Source of the DNA: a virus
UHGV virus genome: UHGV-1362026
Direction: 5' to 3' (one strand)
DNA length: 47,008 nt
Within the stretch, counting starts at the first letter, position 1, and the number at the start of each line of letters is the position of its first letter. Below are positions 32,860-43,399 of this stretch, one piece after another. The position numbers were made by a program, and so were the translations under genes. The notes beneath the pieces are model-generated. The model had not been told where the DNA came from. It searched no databases and worked only from the letters and a program-made list of their open reading frames with translations.

Positions 32860-33313
32860 CAAAAACATGAAGGCTTTTCTGGATATGCTGGCGTACAGCG
32901 AGGGCACGGATAATGGGCGACAGAAAACCAATAATCATGGCTATGATGTGATTGTAGGTGGCTCACTGTTTACCGACTATTCCGATCACCCGCGCAAGCT
33001 GATTAGCCTGCCTAAGCTGGGCATCAAATCCACTGCAGCCGGACGCTATCAGGTGCTGGCTAAGTTTTATGACGCGTACAAAAAGCAACTGCACCTGCCT
33101 GACTTCTCCCCCGCATCACAGGACGCCATTGCAATACAGCTAATCCGTGAGTGTAAAGCAATGGCAGATATTGAGACTGGGCGGATTGCTGATGCTATTC
33201 ATAAATGCCGTTCCCGCTGGGCCTCACTGCCGGGCGCTGGTTATGGTCAGCATGAGCAGAAACTGGATAAGCTGATTCAGGTGTACAAGGCCGCAGGCGG
33301 GGCGGACGCATGA
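32849..33313 (+). CDS. endolysin, lambda R-like lytic transglycosylase
   Basis: KAFLDMLAYSEGTDNGRQKTNNHGYDVIVGGSLFTDYSDHPRKL...WASLPGAGYGQHE is near-collinear with lambda R; the catalytic Glu in SEGTD is conserved. Confidence 0.85.
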   Translation: MAISKNMKAFLDMLAYSEGTDNGRQKTNNHGYDVIVGGSLFTDYSDHPRKLISLPKLGIKSTAAGRYQVLAKFYDAYKKQLHLPDFSPASQDAIAIQLIRECKAMADIETGRIADAIHKCRSRWASLPGAGYGQHEQKLDKLIQVYKAAGGADA

Positions 33314-33549
33314 AAAAGCTAAGCAACTGGCTACTCGGCGCATGGATTTCGGTCTGCTCGCTGCTGCAAATCTGGCCTGAGTCCATGCTTTACGTGTGGG
33401 GTATGATGCCTGACGACCTGAAATCTGCGCTACCGCCAATCGTGGTCAAAGGGGTGAGCTATTCAATCATGCTGGTTGGCATTCTCAGCAAGATGCACGG
33501 CATGAGGAAGGAAAACCGGAGACTGCGCAATGATGTCGATTCTCGCTAA
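33310..33549 (+). CDS. putative holin (two TM segments)
   Basis: 79 aa; two hydrophobic helices and a basic C-terminus; lies between endolysin and spanins. Confidence 0.5.
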   Translation: MKKLSNWLLGAWISVCSLLQIWPESMLYVWGMMPDDLKSALPPIVVKGVSYSIMLVGILSKMHGMRKENRRLRNDVDSR

Positions 33550-34027
33550 ATACTGGCGACCGCTGGCAATTATTATAATTGTTGTTATCTGCGTGTTGTG
33601 GGTTGTCAGCAAAGTGTCCAGTTATGGTGAGCAGCAATATGCCGCTGGATATGCAAAAGCAGTCGCCGAACAGAAAGCCGCAGACAAAAAAGAGGAGCAA
33701 CGACGCAATGCAGAACTGCAAAAGATTCAGGCTGACGCACAGCAACGGATTGATACTGCGCGTAATGATGCTGTCAATGCTGCTGCTAAGTCTGGCAGGT
33801 TGCAGCAGCAGCTCGCAAATATCCGCAGACAGCTCGTCGGATATTCCACCACTGAGTCCATTGGCAATCCAGCCGCAGATACCGGAGTTTTGCTTGCCGA
33901 CGTGCTCGCAAAGTCTGTCGAAAGAAATCGACAGCTGGCAGATTACGCTGACAGGGCAAGGGAAGCAGGATTAGCGTGTGAGGCGCAGTACAATTCATTG
34001 ATGGTGGGGAATGCTAAGCAGAGATAA
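33530..34027 (+). CDS. i-spanin (Rz-like)
   Basis: N-terminal TM (LAIIIIVVICVLWVV) followed by a coiled-coil periplasmic domain. Confidence 0.65.
   Translation: MMSILAKYWRPLAIIIIVVICVLWVVSKVSSYGEQQYAAGYAKAVAEQKAADKKEEQRRNAELQKIQADAQQRIDTARNDAVNAAAKSGRLQQQLANIRRQLVGYSTTESIGNPAADTGVLLADVLAKSVERNRQLADYADRAREAGLACEAQYNSLMVGNAKQR
33765..33974 (+). CDS. o-spanin (Rz1-like lipoprotein), fully embedded in the i-spanin gene in the +1 frame
   Basis: MMLSMLLLSLAGCSSSS: signal peptide plus lipobox LAGC; Ser/Pro-rich mature part. Confidence 0.65.
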   Translation: MMLSMLLLSLAGCSSSSQISADSSSDIPPLSPLAIQPQIPEFCLPTCSQSLSKEIDSWQITLTGQGKQD

Positions 34028-34158
34028 GCGAGAAGAGTATGACAAGATGGCTTCTGATGTGGCAAGTGGTCGCGCTGGTTATCAGCCCGCGGTGAAATGC
34101 AGGCTAAGCAAATCACCAAAGAAATGCTATGGAAAACCACCTGAATCACTGCAATAAA

Positions 34159-34180
34159 AAAGCCCCGTGATGGGGCTTTA
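34159..34180. terminator. rho-independent terminator (convergent lysis unit / leftward block)
   Basis: aaaaaAGCCCCgtgatGGGGCTtta; the U-tract is on the minus strand. Confidence 0.7.
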
Positions 34181-34183
34181 CTG

Positions 34184-34438
34184 TCAACCAATAACCATCC
34201 AGTCGCTTGCGTTCATATCGGTTTGACTTGCCAGCCATGGCACCAGCTTACCGTCAGCCGTTTTCATGCAGATAAAAGGTAGCGTATCAAGCCCGTCAAC
34301 CCCATCAATGTCGCACTCAAAATCCCATGCTCCTCCTGCTATCATGAATAGGAACATACCCTTTCCATTCCACCCATTTCTTGCTACCTTGCATCCAATG
34401 CCCATCTCATTTAAGGCCTCACCAAAGCTTAAAGGCAT
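34184..34438 (-). CDS. DUF2829-like small protein
   Basis: MPLSFGEALNEMGIGCKVARNGWNGKGMF...DGKLVPW...SDWMV fits the DUF2829 pattern; AGGTG RBS before ATG 34438. Confidence 0.5.
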   Translation of the reverse strand: MPLSFGEALNEMGIGCKVARNGWNGKGMFLFMIAGGAWDFECDIDGVDGLDTLPFICMKTADGKLVPWLASQTDMNASDWMVIG

Positions 34439-34447
34439 TTTCACACC

Positions 34448-34594
34448 TCATTCGTATAGTGGTTTCATTTCATAGCCAAACATAATTGCATTCCGATGCT
34501 CAACGCCACCAGAAAACACCAGATAGCGGCGACCACGATTATCCGCAACGATGTAGGCAGACGGCTCACTCTGCTGGCAATGTTGCTGGCTCAT
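34448..34594 (-). CDS. possible 48-aa ORF
   Basis: GAGGA RBS; fills the gap between two genes; weak evidence. Confidence 0.25.
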   Translation of the reverse strand: MSQQHCQQSEPSAYIVADNRGRRYLVFSGGVEHRNAIMFGYEMKPLYE

Positions 34595-34904
34595 CAACAG
34601 ATTCCTCTATTTGTTTGGGTTCCTTTTCCACTTTCGATGTGAATTTAGCTACATTGCCATCAACGCGATGCTCAACTCGAACGTTATAGCCATCAACCGC
34701 GGTGAATGCCAGGCCTCCATCCTCCCCAGTGCAACTCACCATCTCAAGGTCTATAGCTTTTGCCGGGATGCGGAATTTCACCCCTCCAGATTCAATCGTA
34801 ATATCAGGAGCCACCAGGTAAGGATGACCATCACGTTCAAATACTACGTCGCTACCCGCATCGCTAATCAGCACACTGGCTGGTGATAGTTTTTCAATTT
34901 TCAT
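34566..34904 (-). CDS. hypothetical protein
   Basis: ATG 34904 (MKIEKL...) with GGAGGA RBS; 112 aa. Confidence 0.5.
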   Translation of the reverse strand: MKIEKLSPASVLISDAGSDVVFERDGHPYLVAPDITIESGGVKFRIPAKAIDLEMVSCTGEDGGLAFTAVDGYNVRVEHRVDGNVAKFTSKVEKEPKQIEESVDEPATLPAE

Positions 34905-34905
34905 T

Positions 34906-35169
34906 TTATTCCTCCACAATCCGCACCAGTGAACACTCAAGATTTGGTGCGTTGTAATTACCAGCCAAAAACAGAACACTACCAGTGCTAATCAGCACCT
35001 GCTTTGCGTTCGCCTGTGACAGATTCTGCACGATGAATTGCGCTGTTTCCGTGCCGATTTTTAGCACTGCGCTGCCGTCGCTGTTCAGTGATACCAGTTG
35101 TGCGGAAGTGTCAGCAATGTTGGTGTAGTTCGCGTTTCGTTGCGCGATTGTGATGTCGCAGAATGACAT
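34906..35169 (-). CDS. hypothetical protein
   Basis: 87-aa ORF in an operon. Confidence 0.5.
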   Translation of the reverse strand: MSFCDITIAQRNANYTNIADTSAQLVSLNSDGSAVLKIGTETAQFIVQNLSQANAKQVLISTGSVLFLAGNYNAPNLECSLVRIVEE

Positions 35170-35170
35170 T

Positions 35171-35383
35171 TTATGCTCCTGTGTTGAATTTCATTAACCC
35201 ATTTCCACTTCGCGTCTGCGTTTCAATAGATGCAGTGATTACAGAAATAGCATTTGGCGAAGCATTAAGATGAAAATTGATTACGCCAGCAACTTGCCGT
35301 CCATCCTGATCGACAATCATTGTCCTGCCGTTAACCTGCTCAACATGAAGATACACCATCTCAAGTTCTTTCTGTGTTTGCAT
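35171..35383 (-). CDS. hypothetical protein
   Basis: 70-aa ORF in an operon. Confidence 0.5.
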   Translation of the reverse strand: MQTQKELEMVYLHVEQVNGRTMIVDQDGRQVAGVINFHLNASPNAISVITASIETQTRSGNGLMKFNTGA

Positions 35384-36009
35384 TACTTGCTCTCCAGTTC
35401 TTTTGCGCGAATTGCGCTATCGATGATGTCTTGCAAATCCTGTTCGCGCGATTTGTGTCCGCGCTCGCCAGCCTGCAACGCCTTTTTAATCAAGTGCTGC
35501 AGGGCTGGGTTGGTGACATTCCACGCCATGAGCACATCGTACACGTCAACAAATATACCCGGCTTAATCTCGCGCAGGTATTTGTTTCCAAGTTGCGCCT
35601 CATGCCATTTTCCATCTGTGTGAAGTTCTCCAACCTTAACTGCCTTGCATCGGCAATTGGGATGACCAAAAATCGGATACCCTTCAGGCAAGAAATCGCC
35701 AGCAAATGGTTTGGAGTTTGCAATAAGTCCGCCTCGTTTCGCGTCAGCTTCCGGCGCGCCAATGCACTCGTTAAGGTCTTGCTCGTCGCCTGCTACTGGC
35801 TCACGAATACCAACCAAAAACCAATTCTCCTTATTGCCAATGAAATACGTGTTCTTTTTGCCTGGCTCCCACATGGTGGCGTGAGTTTCCAGTTTTTCAC
35901 ACCATGCCAAACGATTATCCATCCTGTGCCGTATCGCCAAACGAACATTTGCTGGTGCTCCGACAAAATCGCAGGCACCACCTTTAAGCAATCTATATCT
36001 TGTTATCAT
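35383..36009 (-). CDS. protein carrying the H-x-NCRC motif of the Mu F-like head-morphogenesis domain (second copy, outside the head module)
   Basis: 208 aa; GYPIFGHPNCRCKAV, compare RRNCHCAQT in the F-like protein at 29815-30771. Confidence 0.45.
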   Translation of the reverse strand: MITRYRLLKGGACDFVGAPANVRLAIRHRMDNRLAWCEKLETHATMWEPGKKNTYFIGNKENWFLVGIREPVAGDEQDLNECIGAPEADAKRGGLIANSKPFAGDFLPEGYPIFGHPNCRCKAVKVGELHTDGKWHEAQLGNKYLREIKPGIFVDVYDVLMAWNVTNPALQHLIKKALQAGERGHKSREQDLQDIIDSAIRAKELESK

Positions 36010-36212
36010 TTCTCATCCTCTTTCATTGTCACCCTATTATTCTCGTCAACACTGAAGTTAGCACGAATCAAATCATACATATCATCCTTCGGCATATCAG
36101 CCAGTGCCACATAGCAACGGGCAAAGTAGCGAACATCACGGAGTGTCAGCGGCTGCCGCTTCTCCACAATGCTGGTGATAATGTCCATCGGCTCTCGTCG
36201 TGCTCTTGGCAT
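36006..36212 (-). CDS. hypothetical small protein (first gene of the leftward operon)
   Basis: 68-aa ORF with ATGA overlap to the next gene. Confidence 0.5.
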   Translation of the reverse strand: MPRARREPMDIITSIVEKRQPLTLRDVRYFARCYVALADMPKDDMYDLIRANFSVDENNRVTMKEDEK

Positions 36213-36240
36213 ATTTACTACTCCTTTTCGAAATTTATTA

Positions 36241-36284
36241 TTGACGAATCTACGTCACTTAGTCAATACTTATTGACGTAGATT
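36241..36284. promoter_or_regulatory. divergent control region with three copies of the 12-mer element
   Basis: TTGACG (36241-36246) followed by AATCTACGTCA (36247-36257), then TTGACGTAGATT (36273-36284); sits between leftward and rightward operons. Confidence 0.45.
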
Positions 36285-36312
36285 GTACCACAACGAAAGA
36301 GGTGATGTGGAA

Positions 36313-36510
36313 ATGCAATACAAAGAAATAGCAGCGAGATACCAGAAGGAGGTTCGCGAGGTTATGGAAATACTTAACGTTCGCGAGGATACCATTAAGT
36401 TTGTGGAAACTGCCATGTGCTCACTAGCGCTTGAAGCGGAGGTTGTAGGTCGTGAAAAGGCTGACGAACTTATATCTGCGGTGGTTTATAGTTCAACCAG
36501 TAACGGTTGA
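36313..36510 (+). CDS. hypothetical small protein
   Basis: ATG 36313 with GAGGTG RBS; 65 aa. Confidence 0.5.
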   Translation: MQYKEIAARYQKEVREVMEILNVREDTIKFVETAMCSLALEAEVVGREKADELISAVVYSSTSNG

Positions 36511-36570
36511 GGATGAAGGTTATCTGTGCGTTGAGCACGTTGTTATCAAATTCTACGGGAGAAATTATAA

Positions 36571-36765
36571 ATGGCGCATGACGAGCTGTACGAAGAATCG
36601 TTAATCCAGCGACTAAATGAAGTTGAGCGCACTCGTGAATGGCTGGAGTGCGAACTACGAGAGGTGCGTAACCGACTGCAGCGTAAGCGCAGCCAACAGA
36701 AAGATGTTATCGACTGGTCTGGCGATGCGCCTAAATTTAATAATCTTGGAGAATGGATAAAATGA
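36571..36765 (+). CDS. hypothetical small protein
   Basis: GGGAGA RBS; 64 aa. Confidence 0.55.
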   Translation: MAHDELYEESLIQRLNEVERTREWLECELREVRNRLQRKRSQQKDVIDWSGDAPKFNNLGEWIK

Positions 36766-37010
36766 CAGTGCCATATATGCCGATGATGAATGAGCACGGA
36801 TTGCTAGAGTGTGATAATTGCGGTGGCTTAAGGGTTGTTCCTTGCGCAGTACCTCACGGATGGATTATTGAATGCCTTGATTGTGGCAAGAAAAGTGAAG
36901 AATACGTCAGATTACGTAGCGCAAGGGGAAGATGGAACACCCGCAACGGACACCTATACACAGCGGAAGATTTCAACCAGGCGACACAGGAGCGTGATTA
37001 TGGATTATAA
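36762..37010 (+). CDS. Lar-family restriction alleviation-like zinc-finger protein
   Basis: LECDNCGGLRVVPCAVPHGWIIECLDCGKKS (CxxC ... CxxC) resembles the Lar_restr_allev family; ATGA overlap. Confidence 0.5.
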   Translation: MTVPYMPMMNEHGLLECDNCGGLRVVPCAVPHGWIIECLDCGKKSEEYVRLRSARGRWNTRNGHLYTAEDFNQATQERDYGL

Positions 37011-37488
37011 ATCACAAATTATGCGCGTGATTATCAATCATCCCGGAGCAACGCGTGCATATATTGAAAAGCATTGCGGCGGTAAGCATTCAAGCACCAC
37101 AACGCATCGTCTGCATGAGATGCTTGCGCTTGGTTTCATTCGCCGCGAGAAGTCAGTGATTCGCGGCGGAAAGTGGCAGTATAAATACTTTATCTCTGAT
37201 GATACTGCGGGCATTGATGATGCGATTAAGTGCCATTTGCTTGATAACTCTGGTGCGGAAGTGAAAGAAATCAGCTCAGCGACTGGCATTGATTATCGCA
37301 TCGTGACAAGCCGCATTCGCATTATGCTTCATAACGGTGATGTGACGCGAAGCTATGACCACCACAAGAAGCTATGGCGTTACTCATGGCGTGAGCAGGA
37401 GGTTAACGTCAGCAACCTGTTCAATTCACTGCTTCGCAATGTAAGAGGTCATCATGGGGAAAGCCAAACGCAAGAAGCAAGAGTATGA
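37000..37488 (+). CDS. tandem winged-helix DNA-binding protein (putative transcription or replication regulator)
   Basis: 162 aa; two wHTH-like repeats (IEKHCGGKHSSTTTHRLHEMLALGFIRRE and VKEISSATGIDYRIVTSRIRIMLHNGDVTRS). Confidence 0.45.
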   Translation: MDYKSQIMRVIINHPGATRAYIEKHCGGKHSSTTTHRLHEMLALGFIRREKSVIRGGKWQYKYFISDDTAGIDDAIKCHLLDNSGAEVKEISSATGIDYRIVTSRIRIMLHNGDVTRSYDHHKKLWRYSWREQEVNVSNLFNSLLRNVRGHHGESQTQEARV

Positions 37489-37721
37489 GCCACTACCGCC
37501 ATGCGAAATGTCAGGAATCCCGCAGCAGGAGGATGTGATTCTCACCGAAGCTGAGTGGCGCAAGGTGGCAAGGATGCAAATTATGTTCCGCAAACTTGCT
37601 GAGGATGTACTAAATGAGATGGGCTATTAAGCATAAATCATGCAGAACTCTGTTTGTGACATCAGATGAGTTTATTGCCAATAACCGTAGAAAGATGGGC
37701 TGGATAGTGGAGGAAGTAAAG

Positions 37722-37991
37722 ATGACGAGTAGAGAGCAGTTCGAATTATGGGTTAGCGGAACGACTAATTCTGATTTTCACAGAAGCATCATGTTGTGTC
37801 GCCATGAAAATGGAAATTATAACCACCTTGAAACAAATCATAAGTGGGAAGCATGGCAGGCATCGCGCGCAGCAATTGAGATTGAGCTTCCTAATCAATT
37901 TCCCGGAGAGTATTACCTCGACAGAGATGTAATTTACGCAGATGAGCTTATTGAAGAACTCGAACAAGCAGGCCTAAAGGTGAAAAAATGA
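37722..37991 (+). CDS. hypothetical protein
   Basis: ATG 37722 with GAGGAAG RBS inside ORF 37614..37991. Confidence 0.45.
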   Translation: MTSREQFELWVSGTTNSDFHRSIMLCRHENGNYNHLETNHKWEAWQASRAAIEIELPNQFPGEYYLDRDVIYADELIEELEQAGLKVKK

Positions 37992-38314
37992 TTATCCAAT
38001 TAAACGACATTATGAAAGCAGACATCATTCAGCTTGAAGATTATGACGTGCAACTGGCATTTGAAATCGAAACCGTTGAGCGTCAACTTCAATATGCGGA
38101 TAAGAAGAATGACCGAGTCTGGCATGAGAAAGCACTTAAGGCACGCGACCACATGAAGCGCACGCGAGCACTTATTAAAACGCGGCTTGATAAGCTATAT
38201 TACGGCGAGGAAAGGATGATTCACGGAGCAATTCTGGCGCAAATCCGCAAGGAGATGCCAATTGGCAAATTCATGTCATACGTACACCGCGCAAAACAGG
38301 AGGCCGGTTTATGA
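37988..38314 (+). CDS. hypothetical protein
   Basis: 108 aa; ATGA overlap. Confidence 0.55.
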   Translation: MIIQLNDIMKADIIQLEDYDVQLAFEIETVERQLQYADKKNDRVWHEKALKARDHMKRTRALIKTRLDKLYYGEERMIHGAILAQIRKEMPIGKFMSYVHRAKQEAGL

Positions 38315-38457
38315 TCCCATTACTGTGGATATTATCAGCCTACGCATTCGCAAGGGTATTTGAGGCTGATACTCTGTACCAGATGATTTGCTATGGCGCA
38401 CTGTTTTGCTTATCTGGCGCTGCTCTAGCATTCATGGATGATGTGATTTCAGACTAA
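38311..38457 (+). CDS. small membrane peptide (48 aa)
   Basis: AGGAGG RBS 8 nt upstream; hydrophobic; below the track cutoff. Confidence 0.45.
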   Translation: MIPLLWILSAYAFARVFEADTLYQMICYGALFCLSGAALAFMDDVISD

Positions 38458-38651
38458 CTCCGTATATCTTTTGTTCATCATGGGCTGCTATCATTTAATC
38501 AGGAGGTAGCCCATGAACATAATCCCTATCACTTACTTTCTCACGCTATACGCACTCACCAATTCGCCATTGTTTGCACTGGCTACCGCCTCATGGTGCT
38601 ATATCTCCCTGTGTTATAATTCGACCACAAACTAACCGTGGAGAGTTAACC

Positions 38652-40531
<1,880 letters not shown>

Positions 40532-40533
40532 TA

Positions 40534-41604
40534 ATGGAAAAGATTATTTTTACCAAAGACCTGGTAGCCAACTCCGCAGTGGTGGCTGACCAGTGGAAAC
40601 ATCTCACCATCGACCGTAAAGTGTTCTGCAATGCAGAAGCTGAGCTGGCGAAAACCTATGGCGTTAACGCCACCGCACTGGTAACGAAAGATTACTGGCG
40701 CGACGTGGATGACGTCACCACCCGCGTTTTCCGCAACGAAGCTGGTCAGGATATGATGGCTGACCTGATGGGTATCGCGGCAAACATCAACATCGGCAAG
40801 ACTGTGGCAATCAGCCGCATTGCTTCCGATGCTGGCAAGGTCGTCCGCACTCTGTCTGGTCAGGAGCCGGAGGATTTGGATAAAACTCGCTACGATTACA
40901 CTGGCGATGTGATTCCGATCTTCAAAACTGGCTACAGCCGCGAATGGCGCGAACTGCTGGGTATGCAGTCTGAAGGTTTTGACTCGCTGCTGGATGATCA
41001 GGCTAACGTCACCTTCAACCTGCGTTCCGATATGGCGCAGTACCTGCTGACCGGCGACCAGACTCTGAACGTGAACGGCGTTTACACTGGTTACGGTATC
41101 ACCAACCACCCGAACACCATTCAGGTTAACCTGAATGCTTCCGGCGACCTGAATATCGACCTGCAAACCGCAACGCCAGATGAAATCGTGACCTTCTTCA
41201 ACCAGGATTTCCAGGCTATTCTGGATGCGCAGAACGTATTTGAGCAGGTGACTCTGTGGGTTTCCCCGGCAGTGCGTCGTAGCTTCATGCGTCCGTATTC
41301 TGATGCAGCAGGTTTCAAAGGTGGAACTGTTGAACAGTACATCACGCAGTTTGGCAATGGTCGCATCGGCAAGATTGGCACCAACTTCCTGCTGACTGGC
41401 AACCATTTCGTTGGCTACGTTCGCAACGACATGTACATCCGTCCGCGTGTTGCTCAGCCTGTTTCCACCTATGCGGCAGCCCGTGACAACCCGCACGATA
41501 ACTTTAACTTTATGGTGTGGTCAGCTTTCGGTTTGCAAATCCGTAAGGATTTCACTGGTAAGTCCAAAGTGTTCAACGGCTACGGCACGCAAACTCCGCT
41601 GTAA
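40534..41604 (+). CDS. major capsid protein
   Basis: 356 aa, follows the scaffold and decoration genes, strong terminator after it; no internal Met/Cys-rich oddities. Confidence 0.8.
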   Translation: MEKIIFTKDLVANSAVVADQWKHLTIDRKVFCNAEAELAKTYGVNATALVTKDYWRDVDDVTTRVFRNEAGQDMMADLMGIAANINIGKTVAISRIASDAGKVVRTLSGQEPEDLDKTRYDYTGDVIPIFKTGYSREWRELLGMQSEGFDSLLDDQANVTFNLRSDMAQYLLTGDQTLNVNGVYTGYGITNHPNTIQVNLNASGDLNIDLQTATPDEIVTFFNQDFQAILDAQNVFEQVTLWVSPAVRRSFMRPYSDAAGFKGGTVEQYITQFGNGRIGKIGTNFLLTGNHFVGYVRNDMYIRPRVAQPVSTYAAARDNPHDNFNFMVWSAFGLQIRKDFTGKSKVFNGYGTQTPL

Positions 41605-41632
41605 TAAAAAAGGGGCGAAAGCCCCTTTGTAA
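41605..41632 (+). terminator. rho-independent terminator after the capsid gene
   Basis: aaaaaAGGGGCgaaaGCCCCTttgt. Confidence 0.75.
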
Positions 41633-41647
41633 CCATTAGAGGTCACC

Positions 41648-42037
41648 ATGGGTAATAAAGGCATTGAGCAAGAGATTCAGGACAAAGGCAGTGAAGCGTC
41701 ACGAGTAACCAGAAAACACATTGAAGACGTCATTGTCAGCGAGCACTACTTTACGGGTTATGATGGACGTAATGGCGCCATTTCCAGCAACGAATATTGT
41801 GGCAGGGAAAAACCAGAAGAAGGCGATCGTGATTTATCACCATTGAAGTTGCTCACTTTCTGCGTCTTGGTGTTGAAAAACGGATTCACCGTGACCGGAG
41901 AAAGCGCCTGCGCCAGTCCAGAGAATTTCGATGCTGAAATTGGTCGCAAGATTGCCAGAGAGAATGCGGTAAATAAAATCTGGATGCTTGAGGGTTATCT
42001 CCTTAAGCAGAGTCTTTCGGAGGTAAAAAATGGCTAA
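41648..42037 (+). CDS. N4 gp49 / Sf6 gp66-family phage protein
   Basis: TFCVLVLKNGFTVTGESACASPENFDAEIGRKIARENAVNKIWMLEGY matches the Gp49-like family. Confidence 0.6.
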   Translation: MGNKGIEQEIQDKGSEASRVTRKHIEDVIVSEHYFTGYDGRNGAISSNEYCGREKPEEGDRDLSPLKLLTFCVLVLKNGFTVTGESACASPENFDAEIGRKIARENAVNKIWMLEGYLLKQSLSEVKNG

Positions 42038-42227
42038 ATACGAAGTCATCGCACGCGGAATATTTGTTAAAGAGAAAGGCAAGATTCGTGAATTGCAGCT
42101 TGGCGAGGTTATCACAGAGCCTGCTGAGCATCTGATGTCAAAGCTGCGCGTTATGCCGGAGCTGGAAAAGTCTTTCGAAGTCGCAACCCCACAAGAAAAG
42201 ACGACAAAGAAAAAGAAAGCAGAGTAA
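42030..42227 (+). CDS. hypothetical small protein
   Basis: GGAGGT RBS; 65 aa; lysine-rich C-terminus. Confidence 0.55.
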   Translation: MAKYEVIARGIFVKEKGKIRELQLGEVITEPAEHLMSKLRVMPELEKSFEVATPQEKTTKKKKAE

Positions 42228-42231
42228 ACTG

Positions 42232-42258
42232 AACCCGCATAATGCGGGTTTTTTATTG
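42232..42258 (+). terminator. rho-independent terminator
   Basis: aACCCGCAtaaTGCGGGTtttttatt. Confidence 0.8.
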
Positions 42259-42267
42259 GGGGGTTCT

Positions 42268-43086
42268 ATGGCTATCAGGTACGAAATAAACACAACTCCG
42301 GCTGATGGAGAGGTTTTGCTTAGCGAAACCATGTCAGCAGACTGGTCAGCACTGCAGGTACAGATTGTGCCGCTAAATTCCTCCGGTGGCTATGAGCCAT
42401 TAACAAGCGGGGCTGTTTCCGTAATGGTATCGCCGTTTGCGTCTGGTGATTTCTGGATTGACGTCAACAATAATAATTATTATGGCGTGGCGCTGCGACT
42501 GAAGGTGATTAAGTCACAAATACCAGCTGGCATTGCATCCCTGAAAGTCCTGGTATGGCGATCTGCCACATCAGTACCATCAAGTCAGGTTGTCGCGCAG
42601 TCCTATGCAGAGTTTGCTAACAAGCAAGGGAAGTTATTCACCGCATCGCGTCGCGTGACTGACGTTGCTGGCGGAGCTAACCTTGACAGCATTTTTATTA
42701 CCGGCTCAAAACAGGTCGTTTTTAATCAACGCATCATCGGCTACACCGGTAAGGGTGTCGTAGCGTCAATCTACCGTGGAGCTGTAGCCACTGGCGGCAC
42801 TGCTGCGGAGATTAATAACCCAAATGACATAGCGTCGCATACTGCAACGGCGCAGCTTCTGACTGGCTCTACGATCACAAGTATTGGGCAGCTGACGGTA
42901 GCAGCAACATACAGTGAGGGCAACGCATCGAATCAGGGTCAGGGTAACTCGCAGGCGAAACTCGGCGAGCAGATTATCATGGCACCAAATACGACGTATT
43001 TGCTTCGCATAACATCACTGGATACTGCGGTGCAGAATATCAATGCGTATGTCTCGTGGTTTGAGGATGATACTTATCTGGCGTGA
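42268..43086 (+). CDS. hypothetical (probably virion-associated) protein flanked by terminators
   Basis: 272 aa from ATG 42268; Ser/Thr/Gly/Ala/Gln-rich, beta-rich; stand-alone transcription unit. Confidence 0.45.
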   Translation: MAIRYEINTTPADGEVLLSETMSADWSALQVQIVPLNSSGGYEPLTSGAVSVMVSPFASGDFWIDVNNNNYYGVALRLKVIKSQIPAGIASLKVLVWRSATSVPSSQVVAQSYAEFANKQGKLFTASRRVTDVAGGANLDSIFITGSKQVVFNQRIIGYTGKGVVASIYRGAVATGGTAAEINNPNDIASHTATAQLLTGSTITSIGQLTVAATYSEGNASNQGQGNSQAKLGEQIIMAPNTTYLLRITSLDTAVQNINAYVSWFEDDTYLA

Positions 43087-43088
43087 TA

Positions 43089-43122
43089 AAAGAAAAGCCC
43101 CGTAAAGGGGCTTTGGTTTACT
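43089..43122. terminator. bidirectional rho-independent terminator
   Basis: aaagaaaaGCCCCgtaaaGGGGCtttggtttact. Confidence 0.8.
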
Positions 43123-43399
43123 GTCTGGAAATTAGCTTTTCACGCAGTAAAGATATTGCGTTATGCATGACTTGAACATGATAAAGTTCGCGGTCTTCAT
43201 ATGCCAGCTTGCTGCTACCAACCGATGTTGTTACAGATGTTATTATCTTACCCCTCATTATATCAATTAATTCAAGTAACTCCCTTTCATCTCCGGAGCG
43301 AAGAATAATACTTACCAACTTTTCGTATTCATTATTATGTTCATCGACGCCGCTTTGCTTAACTCCGCAAAGCCTGCATGGCTTCATCTCTGCACTCAT
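43118..43399 (-). CDS. hypothetical protein (CxxC-containing)
   Basis: 93 aa, last gene of the leftward accessory operon; ATGA overlap. Confidence 0.5.
   Translation of the reverse strand: MSAEMKPCRLCGVKQSGVDEHNNEYEKLVSIILRSGDERELLELIDIMRGKIITSVTTSVGSSKLAYEDRELYHVQVMHNAISLLREKLISRQ

Noticed and set aside
33579-33764. N-terminal part of the embedded ORF 33579-33974
   Set aside because: The signal peptide and lipobox begin at Met 33765; the upstream extension has no lipoprotein features
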